A DNA stretch of 63,815 bases, the filler included, from Intoshia linei (lineage: Eukaryota > Animalia > Orthonectida), in the NCBI GenBank assembly GCA_001642005.1. It is 4 parts of 4 records of this genome, joined end to end, with 100 filler letters (N's around TTAATTAATTAA, not from the genome) between each part and the next. Parts side by side here need not be neighbours in the genome. Positions count along the whole stretch, not along the records: positions 30,124 to 59,914 come from LWCA01000380.1; positions 60,015 to 63,815 come from LWCA01002033.1; 2 more parts are not named here. One strand, written 5' to 3'. Positions within the stretch are counted from its first letter, which is position 1, and every line of letters begins with the position of its first letter. This document shows, piece by piece, positions 50,614 through 63,815 of the stretch. The notes under the pieces were generated by a model. That model worked only from the letters and a program-made list of their open reading frames with translations, searched no databases and was not told the origin of the DNA. Made by a program: the position numbers and the translations under genes.

Positions 50614-53600
50614 ATTCTAAAACACCAAAAACCATACCATTTTCCTTTGGAAACCCAAATGTATTAATTACAAAGGGGTTAATTCATTATTATAAGTAAG
50701 ATTTCAAATATATTTATATTTATACAAAATACATCAATACTTTGATTAATTTCAATATTTTAGAGATGAAAAAGATGCTGATTTATCTAAACTAGAAAAT
50801 ATTAAAACATTATGTATGATAGAAATACCTACCACATTCACAATTCATAATTTGTTATATTTTTTACGATGTGAAAAGTAATTTTTAAAAAAGATTCAAG
50901 TACTTGTTTTAAATTAATCAATGTATAGTAATCACATTGAATCTGTTACAGTTTTATCCGACAGTTTGCCTGAATCATATATGGTTCTATTAACTTTTGA
51001 AAATGTGGTAATTAAAAATTTATCCAGTATATTTTTTGTATTTTAATTGTATTTAGAAATATATGAAAAGTTTTTACAAAAAAAACAATACTCAAGATTT
51101 GAACGGTTTTATTGTTGCAAAGTGTCAATTGATTTTTATATCAAAAATTGACATTTATCGTAAATCGGATGTATAATTTTATTTTATTTTAAATTATTCC
51201 ATCAAAGATTTTTTAATGTACATTATTATTTTAAAAGATGGGTCAACTCTTTTAGAAAAGGGTGTGTTTTATGACAACGACTAATTAGTCGTTAAATTAT
51301 AATTTATTATAATTATACATTTTATTTAGGAGTCACAATCTCTATTAAATTTTGTTGAATTTCCAACCTGTCCTGTTTGTTTAGAAAAATGGGTAAAAAT
51401 TTAAGTTTTTTTTATTTATTTCAGTTTAGAAAAATGATACAATTTTACGCATAATATGTAACCACACTTTTCATTCGAATTGTTTACGTAAATGGAAAGA
51501 TTTAACGTAAGTTTGAATACTTTTTAGTTCTGTTTTCAAATTGACTTTAAATATTGTGGTGTATTTTTTGTGAATCTATCACAGGGGTGGGGAACGTGTG
51601 GCCTAATGGTCAGGTTGAGTGGCACCTAGCTCTGCCGAGGGCACATTTTTATTATACCAAAAAAATAAATTCACGTTGAAAATCTAACTTAAAAATCCTA
51701 CTATTCACTATTATCAATCCTTTAAAGGAGTGGTTCTCAAAACTTGTTTCAGGTGGGACCATCATATCACATTACTTTTTACTTTAAAGTGAATTATTCT
51801 ATCTTAATTTTTTTTTTGTTAACATTTGCGTAAAGAATTTTAAAAGCAATTGTTATCCCATTTTTTTAATTTTTAGACAGAATGTGTATATAATATAAAA
51901 AATAAAGTAAAAAAAGTCCAATCCTAAAAATTTTCATAAATAGCATATTTATTATTAATTAATACCGCATACCAAGATGTTACGCAAAGAGAAATCAATT
52001 TGGAATATTCGTTGTTTTTAATATAAAATGTCTCTCTCCTCCCTATCCTCTTACTACCCTCACTGTCTCCCTTTCGCCCATTTCTGTGGTCGGAATCTGT
52101 TTGTCTATTTATGTCCTTCAATATCCAGTATTTTCATTTGTTTGAAAAATTTGAAAGGTAAGTGATTTGAACCGAGTACTTCTCTAGATTATAGTCTGTC
52201 ATAGTAGTCACTACAAAATCGTCATCGCAAAACTTATTTTTTTTTATATAATGAAATTTTATCAATATATATTTAGATATTTTAATTTTTGTGTTTAAGT
52301 GTTAAACTAATTATTTAATTGAAAAATTGATTAAATATCATAATCATGAACTTCATTTTATACTTTCTCATCTGTCAACCTTAAATGTTAGAAGCAGATT
52401 AATTCAATTTAAATATAAAATTTACAAACACCAGTATGACATTATAAGTCAAACTATTTACCACATATATGAAAATAAGGTATAATTATCTGAAAAACGG
52501 TGTTTACACCATAAAATGTTTTTATTTTGTAATATTAGTTGGTTCTGCAGTTTTTCAGTCTTAACTTTGGTACCACATTGATCTTGAATCGATTTAAAAT
52601 TTAAATGAATATAAAAAAGACAATTAAACAGGACACGATACATTTAAATATATAAAAAACAAATTTAGTTAATTTTTTTAATTCTATTACTATTAACATA
52701 TAATACAATAGAGTCAGATTCAATTCAACAAAATAATCGAAATCATTCCAACGAACAATTACGTAAGTTTCGGTTTAATATACCATCTCAAACGGCTTTT
52801 TTCTTGTTTTTTGGTTATTATCGAAATCCTTTTTTAATTTTACTGTCACCTAAACACCATAATATAAACAATAAATGAATACACACATATAACAATATTT
52901 AATTTTTTAGTATTTGCATTAGCATCTGAAATCATTTTTTCTATATACGGCGTCGTTTCACCTTCGTGGTTATCCNTCAATTCAACAAAATAATCGAAAT
53001 CATTCCAACGAACAATTACGTAAGTTTCGGTTTAATATACCATCTCAAACGGCTTTTTTCTTGTTTTTTGGTTATTATCGAAATCCTTTTTTAATTTTAC
53101 TGTCACCTAAACACCATAATATAAACAATAAATGAATACACACATATAACAATATTTAATTTTTTAGTATTTGCATTAGCATCTGAAATCATTTTTTCTA
53201 TATACGGGGTCGTTTCACCTTCGTGGTTATCCACTATATCAATATGACTAAGAACGTTTTAGTATGTCCACTAGAATGTATATACGAATTAAAGCCAGGA
53301 GTATTCATAAATAATGAAAATGGAGTTTTATTTGTGGCACGATAAAGTTATATTGTACTTCCGTACAACTCCAACCAAAATATCGATCCAACATTTGCCT
53401 CCTTGTAACGTTTTTGCTAACCATCTTTTTATGGTTTGGTTTGCTCTAAAATAATATGAGAAAAAATAAAGTATAATAAACCTCTCTATCTGTCCTTGTG
53501 ATTGGGGATGCCGAGGTCTGCCATGTATTATTCCAACTTTCATTTGATTGCATGTCTATTATTTCTGAATTTTTAAATTCCCTCCCGTTATCTGTATGCA

Positions 53601-56600
53601 GTGTTTTTGGAGGTCCAATTATCGAAAACAGTTTTTCAAATTTGGATCTCAGGTTCACAGCACTTTTGTTTTTTAATTTCGTTACCCACATATACTTCGA
53701 ATAGCAATCAATTACATTCAAAATATACTTGTAGCCCCGATTTTCCCCCTCATATTCCAATAGACTTATGCAATCTGCCATATATCTTTCCCTTGGTTTC
53801 ATTGTTATTATTGGCTTAATTCTTGAACTGTGACCAAATTCATACTCATTTGACAGAAATTACAATTTTTGATAACCTGTTATGAAACATTTTACATAAA
53901 CCATAATTTAATGGAAACCTCCGCAATATCACATCTTTTAATGTTATATGATATATTGTCGATATGCTCCTTTGTCTAAGTATAAATTGATACAATTAAA
54001 TTCGTATTGCAACCTTAATAACTCCACAATGACCAATTTTATGAAAATTATTGATGAATTCATACTTTTTTTCCATCTCATTATCAGAAAATACTATCAA
54101 TTTCTCACCATCTATGCATAGTATATTGAAATACATGTTAAAATACCTTTTAAAAAAACAATTCACATTTACAACTGTAAAATAAACCGTCTTTTCTTTT
54201 AAACGTTTTTCAGCTTGTCTACTTTTACACTCACAGTTTCCGTCCGTAATTAAATTAATTTTATCTTGAAACGTTTTGAAAGAAAATTTGCACACCATTG
54301 AGTGATATTGTGAAATGTTAATTAAATGTGATCAAATAAATAAATGTTTTGGTATTTATTGTTGTCACAATAGAAACATGATATGTAACATCTTGGTATA
54401 CGACAATTAATTTAATTATTTAACATGTTTGTTGATGTAGTTTAAGTTGATTTATTTGAAACAAAATGTTTTGAAAATGAGAATTTAAAAATTGCGTAGC
54501 AATGAAAAAAAATTCCGAAGGAATCAATTATATAAATTTTCACTTATATTTCTTTATTGGAAATGTGTAGACGTTCAATGCAAATTTTTTTTTGAAATTG
54601 TAGGATTAATATTTACATTTTAAATTTTTATTAATTATTATTAATCGAAGTATTTAAAAAATATTGGTTGATAATATATTAAAAGTTATTTTTCACTGGG
54701 AATATGTAGATTTCTGGGTTTAAAACTGTTTATTTACAAAAACTGGAATACTTATCAGCATAATTTAAAATGATGGGTAATTTGTGGTTTTAGCCGTGAA
54801 GATGAGGTTTTTGAAATTGAAATTTATCATAATTTTTTTTATTTTAAAATATATATCAGAGTGTATATTTTTTATGAATTCTAGGATTTGTTTTATTTTT
54901 TAAAAAGGATAATTTTTGGGTTTTTAACTCTGAAGGACTAAATTTACGAAAATGAAATTGACAAAAAACTGTATTATAAATAGGTGTTTTTAAAAATTTA
55001 CACTTCTTATGTTCTTAAATAAATGGTAACAAACAGATAGACATGTATGTTTATAGTTAAATCCTAAACTTACTTAAAATTTAATATCTGTGTGTGTTAC
55101 CGTTTATTTAAAAAATTAAATGTGTAGAATTTCACAAAATTTAATATCTAAGACATATTTTTGCGGATAATGTTTTATCTAACTTTTATTTCACGAATTT
55201 GAGTTATTCAAGGTCAAAACCCAATTTCCCCTTTTTTTAAAAATAAAATCAGTCCAAAAATTTAAAATAACATTTAAAAATTCTGGGACGCGTTTTAAAA
55301 TCATTAACATTTTCTTAAATCTCGGCCTCGGAAACGCACACCTTCATGGTCAAAACCAAAATTATCCTTTGTTTTAAAAATAAAAATTTTATAAAACATA
55401 CATTCTAGAATACTCATTTTAAAATCATAATCATTATCATAAATTACAACCTATAAAAATTTCAAAAAAGTGGATTTTCACGATCAAAAGCTCAGATTAC
55501 TTTTTTTATAAAAAATGACAATAGTCCTATAATTTAAAAATAAATACGGCTTATACAGTTATCTTCAATTAACACACACAAAAGATTTTAATCTCACAAA
55601 GTAGTGCCTGCACGGTAAAAAAGCCATTTCGTGGATTTTTTTTATTTGTTAACTATTTTATTAAAACAAAAAATTTGAAATAATTACTTGTGCTAGAATT
55701 TAAAAAAGATTTCCTCTTATACAGCTTATTCTAGTTTATTATTATTATACTGCTATTATTTTATTTGATCATTTTAATTTTTTTATTCTAAAACTATATT
55801 TAGGTGTCCTATTTGTAGATACAGTCAACTGCCTAATACTACAACAAAAAATTGCTGTTCTGGTTGCGGAGTAATTCAGAATTTGTGGATTTGCTTAGTA
55901 TGCGGAGATATTGGTTGTGGTAGATATTTGGATGGTCACGCTTCAAAGTAAATATTTTAATAAACACGTAAATTATTATTCACTGATGATTATCAGTCTA
56001 TCACCTTGACAGTTGTAAGGTCTTATGTCACCTTGTATGAAAATCTTTTAAAATTTACAAATTTAAAATGAAACGCAAAATTTTTAGTTCATTCTAATAA
56101 TATATTTCCTATCTGATGGGCCACTTTCGATAAATACGATGACGAGAACTTGAAATTTGAAAAAAAATTGTTTATTTTATGGTAAAAAAGGTAAAAACAT
56201 TTTCAAATTATATTACCATTCTGACCCATCTAATATCACAATAAAAATCAATTCAACTTCATGTTATCCCCTTTATGGACCTCTTATGGATGAAGTGAAT
56301 AGTATGTGATCAAAATATTTTCCTATTCGATCACATGTAACATTCTATAACCACTAGTTTACGGCACATTAAATTTCATCTTTACAACTGAAAAGGTCTA
56401 TTACTATTATCCATTATTTTGCTAATTTCATTAAAATAAAAATATTATTATATTTACAATATTAATATAAATAATAAAATATAATTTAGACATTATGAAT
56501 TGACAAAGCATACATATGCCATGAATATAAATACTGACGAAGTTTGGGATTATTCTGGAGACAATTTTGTTCATAGATTGATTCAAAATAAAAAAGATGG

Positions 56601-58017
56601 ATCACTGATTGATTCTTTAAAAGTTAATAATACTTCAAATTTATATAGAAAAATGGATGAAACAACTTCAGAGGTAATTGATTATGAAATTGAATTTGAT
56701 TCAATTAAATTGGTGGCGCGCAAAGTGTGGAAAATTTTCAGATATCAAGTTACGATAGCATTAATTTGGGGATAAATAAAATCTGATTAATTAAATGGTT
56801 AATTAACTTTTTATTTTAGATAATCTTTCGGTTTTCTCGAGAACTCAATATGCAAAGAAAATTTTATATTTGTAAAATGAACGAAATGAAAAAAAAGGCT
56901 GACGACATTGTATTTTTATTATTTATTATCAATCCACACTGCAATATATTACTAATATCAGGGACTAATCTACATACTCAAGACCCCTAAAAAATTAGCA
57001 AACGGCGTGTAATGTCAAATAACCGCTAGCAACCCTTCCATGAATCTGGTGTTTACACTTTAAATTATTAAAATTAATAAATAAAAATTCAATTAAAATT
57101 AATTTTTAATTATAATAACTACAATAATCTTAAGAGGCCACAATTTAAAAAATTTTTCTTCGAAGTCCCGAAGTAAGTCTGGGAGTAAAGTATATTTGGC
57201 TCTGTCTAATATTATAACTTAACAGTTATAACGGCAAAATTTTTCTTTATTTTTTGTAGTTTTGAAAATTTTGATTATTTTTTGAGTTTTGAAATGTATT
57301 TTTAGTGTCTAATCGATTGTGTACCTCTGATAGAAGGTAAAATATTTATTTGTTTTTTAGATTTTGGAAAAGAATTTGAAATTGATTAAATCAAAGAAAT
57401 CACTATTAGACTTTAAAGTTGAAATAGATTCCTTAAAAAACAAAAAAATATGTTTGGTATGTCTATTAATATTATTTTGTTATATATGAAAACCCAAATT
57501 ACCGATATTGTTATTTTTAACATGTTACAGTACCGTCTAAAGTTTAGACTCTAAACTGGTTCCATTATATGTATCACTTATATTTTATTTATTTAGCAAG
57601 AAAATCATCAAAAAGAATTAAATAAAATCCACAGTAATGTGATTATTGGACATGCCGCCAATTTAAAGAAATTGACTGAAAAAATTGCCGTAAATAATTA
57701 AAATAATTTAAAATTGACTAAAAATTTAGAAACTTGAAAGTTGTATAGCTGATGAAAAGGAAATGAACCAATGCTTTCATGTAAAATTGAAACATTATGA
57801 AGAATGCGTTGAAAAGTCAAAGAATGACGTTATTGAAAAAGACAAGGAATTAAGAGAAGTAAAAGAAATGAATAGAGATTTGATGTTTTCCATTGACGCT
57901 TCCAATAAAATAAATGAAATCAAATCAAATCTTAATGACAGTGAAAAAATGGATCTACGTGAATCTAAACTAACTGTAAATAAACAAAAAAAAAGAAATA
58001 AACCTAAAAATAGATAA
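50614..58017 (+). CDS. BRAP: BRCA1-associated protein BRAP/IMP (BRAP2 domain, RING-H2, zf-UBP, coiled coil); additional 5' exons probably lie towards ~49900
   Basis: [90 protein letters not shown]. Confidence 0.88.
51963..54405 (-). mobile_element. Ginger-like (integrase-type) DNA transposon in a BRAP intron
   Basis: TIRs TACCGCATACCAAGATGTTAC / GTAACATCTTGGTATACGACA; ATTAA on both flanks; encodes an rve-type integrase. Confidence 0.75.
53328..54298 (-). pseudogene. Intron-containing, frameshifted DDE integrase (KRBA2/SCAND3/Ginger-like)
   Basis: HKIGHCG...CNFCQ zinc motif, YILNVIDCYSKY, LHTDNGREF, GRPRHPQSQGQIER|ANQTIKR; about four short GT-AG introns; two apparent frameshifts. Confidence 0.8.
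54480..55740. mobile_element. Two oppositely oriented Helitron-like repeat copies
   Basis: Family core in minus (54480-55050) and then plus (55060-55740) orientation. Confidence 0.55.
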
Positions 58018-58409
58018 TTTTAATGTGATTGTACAATGTACATTTAAATAAATGGTTTGAATTAATATTTAATCTTGTCAAAATTATAAATTAATCAATA
58101 TGACATGTTAAATGCATCTTTGATTTTGTATAAAAGAAATGAAAACACCCTGTTTACAATATATTGACTTTCAAGTGAATTATGATGTATTTGTCAATGT
58201 CACAATTGGTCGTTGTAACTTCAAAATTATGCAATCAAAATTTTTTTGTTTTATCACAATTTATTTCATTATTAAATGTACGTTTACTCCTTTATTCTTT
58301 GAGAAATCGAGTGGATGTATCTAAATTAGGGTGTATCTTATATTTATACAATAGTTTATGAATATAACAAGTACCAATGTAATTTAGCTAAAATTATACA
58401 TTTATAGTG

Positions 58410-59660
58410 ACATGTCTGTTTGTAACATATTATTTAAGGAAGTTATAAGCGTAGAGTTTTAAAAATACAAATTCTGAGAAAATGTTATATTTAAAATTAC
58501 ATATTTTGCATTTACAAGTATACAAAACCCCAAATTAACCTTCTTTTTTTAATGAAAACAACCCTAGAATTGCGGAAAAATTTACAGGCGGTACAGTTGT
58601 ATCCTGTTAACAAACATTTATGGTTTTGGCCCTGAAGATATAATTTTTTTAAATTTAAATTTATGATAATGTTTATGATTTTATAATCCGCATCAGCGTA
58701 TATATTTTTTAAATTCTTTAACTTGTTTGATTTTCAAAAAGAGGGACAATTAGGGTTTTTGACTCGTAAGATGTGATATTAGAAGGTTGAAATTTATCTT
58801 ACTACACGTCCGGGAAAAAACTGTAATTGAAATGTGGACTTTATAAAATTCTAAGACGGGTAGTTATTTAAATAAAGCTGGGCACACACACAAACAAAAA
58901 TCGCGTAGAATATTATATAAGTTAGGATAACATTAATATAATAAACATAATGCATATTAAAAATTATTTTTCACCGGCATGCATAGATTTCTGGGGTTGA
59001 AATTTTGTATTTATATCAACTGGAATAAGCTGTATCAGAATAATTTTTTGTTTTAATTGTAGGACAGTTAATTATTTAAAAATTTTTGTTTTACAAAAAA
59101 AAATTATGAATTTATGTTGCATAAAATTTTACGACTTTATTAATTTTTACAATAAATGGAAATTTGTGGTTTTAGCCGTGAAGATATAAGATTTTGAAAT
59201 TGAAAATTATCATAAATAGATAAATTTAAAACTTTTTATTAGAATGTGTATTTTTTTAATTCTATGACTGATTTGAATTTAAAAAAATGGACAATTGGGG
59301 TTTTGACCTGTAAGGACTCAATTTCTGACAATGAAATTTGCGTCAAAATATTAGTTTCGAAAAAACTTAATAGAAATATGGCATTTTTAAAACTCGATTC
59401 GTGTTAATTTCTTAAATAAACAGGAACAGACAAATAAACAAACATACATTTTTAACTAAATTACTTTATATGAGTAAAGATTACGAGTTAATTTAGTTTT
59501 ATAAAACTCATATTTTAGGAAAATTTTTAAGAAACTGTCTTCGTTTATCATAGCTTTGCATCTTTCAGATATAAATCATCACAACTAACTTGACTGTTAT
59601 GTACTTCGTACAAACGTGTTTAATGTACGACGTGTTTCTAGTTCTGCTGAGTGCGGAAGT
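58410..59660. mobile_element. Cluster of Helitron-like repeat fragments
   Basis: Reversed 5' termini at ~58928 and ~59481; reversed 3' region at ~59585-59655. Confidence 0.55.
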
Positions 59661-59914
59661 TTGCCAGTTTTTACATACATACGTACATATTTTTACAAAT
59701 TATCCCCCAAAACAATTTAAAGGGTAATTTTTGGTTTTGACCATGAAGATAAAAACTTTTCATATTGACATACATATTAATTTCTGCGGCGGATAAAATT
59801 AACTTGGAATTTGTGTTTTTTAAATTTTTGAGACGACTAGTTTTTGAATTTAACTTGAAATGTAATTTAAATTATATTTATAAAAAAAATTTTATTTTTT
59901 TTATTTTTATTTTA

Positions 59915-60014
59915 NNNNNNNNNNNNNNNNNNNNNNNNNNNNNNNNNNNNNNNNNNNNTTAATTAATTAANNNNNNNNNNNNNNNNNNNNNNNNNNNNNN
60001 NNNNNNNNNNNNNN
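59915..60014. other. Assembly gap
   Basis: N run with TTAATTAATTAA spacer. Confidence 0.97.
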
Positions 60015-60389
60015 TTAATAATAATTATAATTATTAAACTATGTAGAAAATATAATTATATTATATATATGATTATTAATAATATACATATATAATAAAT
60101 ATAATAATATATGTATGTTATAAATATAATACTAAATTATTAATTTTTAATAGAAAATTTTTCATCTTGGTATGTTTTCACCCCATGATAAAAATAACAT
60201 TTTTCATAAAATTCACACCGATGTAGAGGACCATGTGTTATTAGTATTATTAAAAAAATACTATATTTTGAGTATTGATTTGAGTAAATATTAATGAAAA
60301 TATCACATTTCAAAGGTTAAATTAATTGAAGCGTAATTTAATTTTACGGATTGAAAACAATTATATGCACTTGTAATTAATATTTTAAA

Positions 60390-62415
60390 TTACCGAATTA
60401 ATTTTGAGTCATATCCAATATATAACGAGAGGATAATGGTATAGAAACGTTTATCAAACTCATTTCTAATTTTTAGTACGTCTATATATTTTTTGAGAAA
60501 CAATGCCCAACTTTCCATTAAAGCGGGGAATTTATTTAAAAGTTGAATTGATTTTGTATTGTAAATTTGATTATAAAGATCATCATATAGAAGAGAAATG
60601 TCAAATTTCACTTGATTTAGATATATAATGAAATCTATAATTTCTATTTTGAATTTGATTTGACAATCTTCAAGACACTTTTTTATATAATCAATCAATA
60701 TTGAATCTTTATAAGGAGGTATTATAGTCTAAATTTCGATTAAATCATTTAAATGTGCAAATTTATCTCAACTTACATTAATTGTGATAAATGGAAAAAT
60801 ATCTCTGAACCATGTTTGACTCAACAATTTAACAAAAGTTTCAGGTAGTTGAGGTAGTTCAATATTTGGTTTATTGAACATTTCAATTTTACTTTCAATT
60901 TCAGGAATTTCGGCTAAACTTGAAATGTCTTTAACTTTTTGTAATATTTTCAATTTTTGATTCATTTTATGGTCTGTAGCAGCTATTGTTGCATTTGCAA
61001 CAAATTTTACGACTTTTATCGATTTAGATCGGCTCATGGTCATTTTCTTACGTAAAACTGGTTTTATTGCAATTTTTTCTTCTGGTACCTATAATTTCAA
61101 TTATTATAATTCAAATTGTTAAATTTTTATATTATATATTACTTCAATTTCAATATTTATTTCGGACATTAACATTGATTGGCTTTTATCCACAATTTGA
61201 TTAATTTTATCCGCTATCGTATTTTTGTCTTGATTAGAATTATAAATATCCCTCATTGTTGAAGATTCAGAGGATAATTCTGAAACAGATTTCTTTTTAA
61301 CACTTTCTTCCAATTCTTTTTGTTCTTGTTCAAACTTACGATTTAATATGGCTTTTCTTGTTTTCTCTAAAAATGAAGCCTTTGAGTTGGCTCTCATTTT
61401 TTCAATCTAAATTAATTGTTTTAAAAAAATTCACAACTTGATATAATCAATGACTATTTCAACATTCATATCTTTATAAATGTATTTAATTTATGATATA
61501 TTTAGTACCACACTTAATTCAATGCATCCATCTTCGTCAATTGGAGGCGTAGGAACTTTCGGCGGTACGTATTCTTCTATATTGTCAATTGCCTTTGGAA
61601 TAATTGCTTCTTTGTCCATAAATTTTCTAGTAAAGGTTGAATTTGGCACAAAAACGTTCATTAAATTGAATTTCATCTTTTTACTTTTTGGGAAAAAACC
61701 GTCTGAGCAACTATCATCTATGATTATATTAATAATTATTATAAATGGCAAATCTAAGTGTTATGAAAATGCATACAGTATTCTCTCGCTAATCATGGAA
61801 ACTTTTCGAATAGCACAGAATATTACAAAATATAAAATCCACACAAAATAAATTAATTTTTATATGAAAATTTTTAGTGCTTTGGTCCATCCTGTTAACA
61901 AAATAAAATTTCCAAAGTGACGGTAATGTAAAGAATTGGCGAATTTTCGATAGAATACTGTATTTATGATAATTAGCAATAACCATTTTTTTTATGTTTA
62001 ACTAACAGTTTACACACATCGTGCATACTATGAACAATTGTAATGGACTTTGTTTCAACTTCTTTTTCATCTTTCAAAACCACTTTACCCTACGATTAAA
62101 TTAATATAATTTTAAGTTATATTACCGGTAAATCAAATAAACTCTTAAAATAGTTTTCGAACGCTTCATTTTTAATTTCCTGTTTTTGTTGTTTACTTAA
62201 TATTAATGAGTGCTTTTTTCTCTTTATAAGACCTTTAATTATTTTTTGCAATTCCTCGTTTCGAAGATCAATTTTGAGGAATGCCTAGTTTAATTTAATA
62301 TGGAATGTTCAATTTCTAAGTTACTTCCTGTCTATCATTCTCCTCTTTTAATATTACTTTTCGGTCTTCCAATTTTATACCATCAATAATTTTATCTTTA
62401 AAATTTTTGAATCTA
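60390..62415 (-). CDS. Internal exons of an unidentified large multi-exon protein (charged/coiled and Pro-rich segments)
   Basis: Consecutive minus-strand ORFs separated by ~35-45 nt GT-AG introns. DGFFP/FVPNS motifs weakly recall WDR97/WDR87 C-termini (unverified). Confidence 0.65.
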
Positions 62416-63566
62416 TATATTTTGTTAATGTGTAGACACCAACCAATTTAACGTATTGTTGATTTATTATTAAAAACATTATTAGTTATTTAGATGGGTA
62501 AAAACAGTATTATAAGCTCACATAGTAATACCCCATAAATTCATTTACTTTATAAATTCGTTGTATATTTATTATAATGCTTTGCAATATTAGTTTTGAA
62601 AATAACAAAATAAGTTTTTATAATTTTATTTTTTCTAGAAAATATGCTATTTATGACAATTTTTAGGATTGGACTGTTTTTACTTTATTTTTAATATTAT
62701 ACACAGTAGAATACACACCTTAGGTATAATAAATTAAAAAAATGGGATAATTGTTTTTAAAATTCTATACGCAAATTTTAAACAATCAAAAAATTAAGAT
62801 GGAATAATTCAGTTTAAAGTAAAAAGTAATGTAATATGATGGTTCCACCTGAAACAAATTTGGGAAACACTCCTTTAAAGGATTGATAATAGTGAATAGT
62901 AGGATTTTTAAGTTAGATTTTTGTAAATTTATTTTTTGGTAGTATAAAAATGTTCCCTCGGTAGAACTAGGCTACGGGGATTGATAATAGTGAATAGTAG
63001 AATTTTTAAGTTAGATTTTCAACGTGAATTTTCTGGTAGAATAAAAATTTCCGCCCTCGGCAGAGACAGGATGCTTTTTGTACGAAGACACAACAGTCAA
63101 GCTAGTTTTATATAAAAATCACAATTTACCAACCCTTAAAGAAAAAATCTAATTCTAAATCCGATTCTAAAACACTCTCTCATTTCATTGAATTAGATTG
63201 CTTTATACAACCATGAAATTCCGTTTAGTTTACAAAATGTCAGTCGGTATGTTTATCAAGCCTTACTTCCTTGTTAATTTATTCCTTTAACTAATGATTA
63301 AACCAACTAATATGATACGATATGTAAAAAAGGTTGGGAAACACTGCTCTAAACTAAAGCCTCTAGTATAAATTTGTTGATAAATATTTTTTTAAATGTT
63401 TTTTATATAAATTTCAAATAATTTTAAACATAAAAAAATCAAAATAAAACGATAAACTGTGTAACAGTTAACGGTGGCTTTTTAATTTTTTTTAAAAAAT
63501 CCACTTTTTATATTTGGTAAATCAAAAAAACGAAAATCCAGCTAATATTTTTAAATAGAATATTCT

Positions 63567-63642
63567 TAAACCCAACCATTTTTACTAAAATCCAACCATT
63601 TTTACTTAAACCCAACTATTTTTACTAAAAATCCACTTTTAC
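63567..63642. repeat. ~20-bp tandem repeat (AAAYCCAACYATTTTTACT) x3-4 within a dispersed repeat also at ~32830-33320 and ~41490-41600
   Basis: Direct inspection. Confidence 0.75.
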
Positions 63643-63815
63643 AAACCCCTAAAGAAAAATCCCAATTTTATCCACCATCATGGCAAAACCCACTTTTACC
63701 AACCTTTAATGGAAAAATCGAGTTTTTGTTTGTAAGTTATATCATCCACGACAGACCCAAATTAAAACTGAAATATTAAGATACCATATTATACCTACAA
63801 ACCATATTACAAAAA

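Noticed and set aside
52155-52215. GGTTCAAATC B-box-like motif on the minus strand (tRNA/SINE head?)
   Set aside because: No convincing cloverleaf or A box.
52719-53232. ~257-bp tandem duplication around a single N at 52976, superficially LTR-like
   Set aside because: Near-identical copies abutting an N are typical of unmerged overlapping contig ends.

Overview
AT-rich eukaryotic (metazoan) genomic scaffold with very short GT-AG introns (about 30-45 nt) alternating with TE-filled long introns, and three scaffold gaps (N runs with an artificial TTAATTAATTAA spacer). The compact introns and divergent proteins suggest a reduced invertebrate parasite genome such as an orthonectid (inference only). 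Recognisable spliced genes: RPS4, NKAP-like, C22orf39/PANTS-like, ABL kinase, PDE6D, the last exon of a cytosolic HSP70, BRSK/SAD kinase, RPL35A, an acatalytic CA10/CARP-like carbonic anhydrase, RPS16 and BRAP. Also present: a multi-TM protein, an unidentified multi-exon gene and tRNA-Leu(UAG). Repeats: an abundant non-autonomous Helitron-like family, hAT and Tc1/pogo MITEs with TSDs, and an intron-containing Ginger-like integrase transposon. Best leads: (1) an intronless CatSper-like channel ORF nested on the same strand inside a BRSK intron; (2) three tandem ~90-nt H/ACA snoRNAs in one RPS4 intron, predicted to target the conserved LSU rRNA pseudouridine guided by snR46/SNORA16; (3) two tandem U14-like C/D snoRNAs in an HSP70 intron; (4) a clustered family of variable short hydrophobic/polybasic peptide ORFs sharing conserved flanks at 1-8 kb. 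All exon boundaries were read by eye and are approximate.
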